Assembly (NCBI RefSeq): GCF_006345805.1
Contig: NC_043005.1
Coordinates: forward strand, 100,192,001 to 100,256,000
DNA: 64,000 bases
Source of the DNA: Octopus sinensis
Taxonomy: Eukaryota
Direction of reading: 5' to 3'
Shown here: positions 62,961 to 64,000 of the stretch, in pieces
Position numbering within the stretch: position 1 is the first letter of the stretch
Layout of the letters: each line of letters opens with the position of its first letter
The notes under the pieces: generated by a model
Seen by the model: the letters and a program-made list of their open reading frames with translations, nothing else
Database searches by the model: none
Told to the model about the DNA's origin: nothing
Translations under genes and position numbers: made by a program

Positions 62961-63369
62961 ATAATAATAATCCTTTCTATTATTATCGGTGAAAGGCCTG
63001 AAATTTTGTGCAAGAGGTTTAGTCAATTATATCAACCCATCTTAAATGGAAATTATTTCATTGACCCCAAAAGACCCTTTTGTTAACATATTTCTGTTGA
63101 TATGCTACCTTGAATCAATGTCTCGTCATCATTCTCAGTTGAATGAGAAGATGCTATGGTAACGGCATTTCTTTTTTGTCAGTTTAAGTGATCCTTTGCA
63201 TATGATATGTCGTTTAACCTTCATGATCGTTTGATGCTCATTGTGGCTTAAGTTCAGTTGAATGTGATGAGTTTCTCAAATTTTTTACTCTTCCACCCTA
63301 AATGATAATTTCCCTTACAAACGAAATCTTAGTTTATCATACCATGAAGGCTGTGGCTAGTGGTTAGAG

Positions 63370-63435
63370 CAGTGTTTCTCAAACTTTTTACCCTTGTGTA
63401 ACCCTTAAAACAAATTACATGTCTCAAGGAAGCCC
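63370..63435 (+). mobile_element. Possible hAT-type terminal fragment
   Basis: cagtgtttctcaaacttttt resembles Charlie/MER5-type TIRs; no partner found. Confidence 0.35.
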
Positions 63436-63780
63436 TGGTAAGTAGCTTGCTTACCAACCACATGGTTCTGGGTTATAGTCTTCTACTATAGCTTCGGGAC
63501 GACCAAAGCCTTGTGAGTGGATTTGGTAGACGGAAACTGAAAGAAGCCCATTGTGTGTGTGTGTGTGTGTGTATGTTTGTGTGTGTGTCCTCCAACATTG
63601 CTTGACAACCGATGCTGGTGTGTTTACGTCCCTGTAACTTAGTGGTTCGGCAAAACAGGCCAATAGAATAAGTACTAGGCTTACAAAGAATAAGTCCTGG
63701 GGTCGATTTGCTCGACTAAAGGTAGTGCTCCAGCATGGCCACAGTCAAAATGACTGAAACAAGTAAAAGAGTAAAAAGAA
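63436..63780 (+). mobile_element. SINE family A with a deletion in the head
   Basis: Lacks cagtcccactgcgtggcaccttgggcaag; the remainder matches. Confidence 0.85.
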
Positions 63781-63894
63781 TATACCATATTTTTCTCATG
63801 TATTTGTCATTGTTGTTCATATAGAAAATATCCTATATATGTACGCCATTATACATCGTTAGACACTACACATTCTTTATTTTCTCTTTCTTTA

Positions 63895-64000
63895 TTTTGT
63901 CTCCCTGTTTCTTTCTATGTTCCTTTCTATGGAAGAGCATAGGTTCGAAATGTTAAAGACTTTCTCACTTGCCGAGTGTTAAACTAATACCTGCTTGTTG
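63895..64000 (+). mobile_element. Short PLE-type terminal element with a hammerhead-like relic
   Basis: cttt-CTATGGA-A-GAGC-ATAG-GTTC-GAAATGT-T-aaag. Confidence 0.55.

Overview
AT-rich eukaryotic (animal) DNA packed with microsatellites and decayed transposable elements. The repeat repertoire looks to me like an octopus or other coleoid cephalopod; this is pattern recognition, not a database result. No host protein-coding gene, rRNA, real tRNA gene or CRISPR array can be supported. Nearly all long ORFs in the track are microsatellite read-through, and only a few weak splice-site-bounded exon candidates exist. What can be supported: (i) about 30 copies of several tRNA-derived SINE families (labels A, B, C, E, G are my own); (ii) RTE-type LINE 3' ends (family D); (iii) four relics of restriction-like-endonuclease (RLE, R4/Dong-like) LINEs; (iv) Penelope-like (PLE) RT and GIY-YIG relics plus short PLE-type terminal elements; (v) a DD37D (maT) transposon with both TIRs, mariner relics, and mariner-, pogo- and piggyBac-type MITEs; (vi) Helitron/Helentron-type non-autonomous elements; (vii) a 100-N gap flanked by a ~1 kb near-identical duplication, probably an assembly artefact. 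The most interesting signal is a set of hammerhead-ribozyme-like motifs (CUGANGA..GAAA..palindromic stem III..UH) in several distinct short PLE-type elements. One copy, at 1623-1691, keeps every conserved core nucleotide. The window also holds several long fold-back palindromes. Many element boundaries are approximate (about +/-20 nt).
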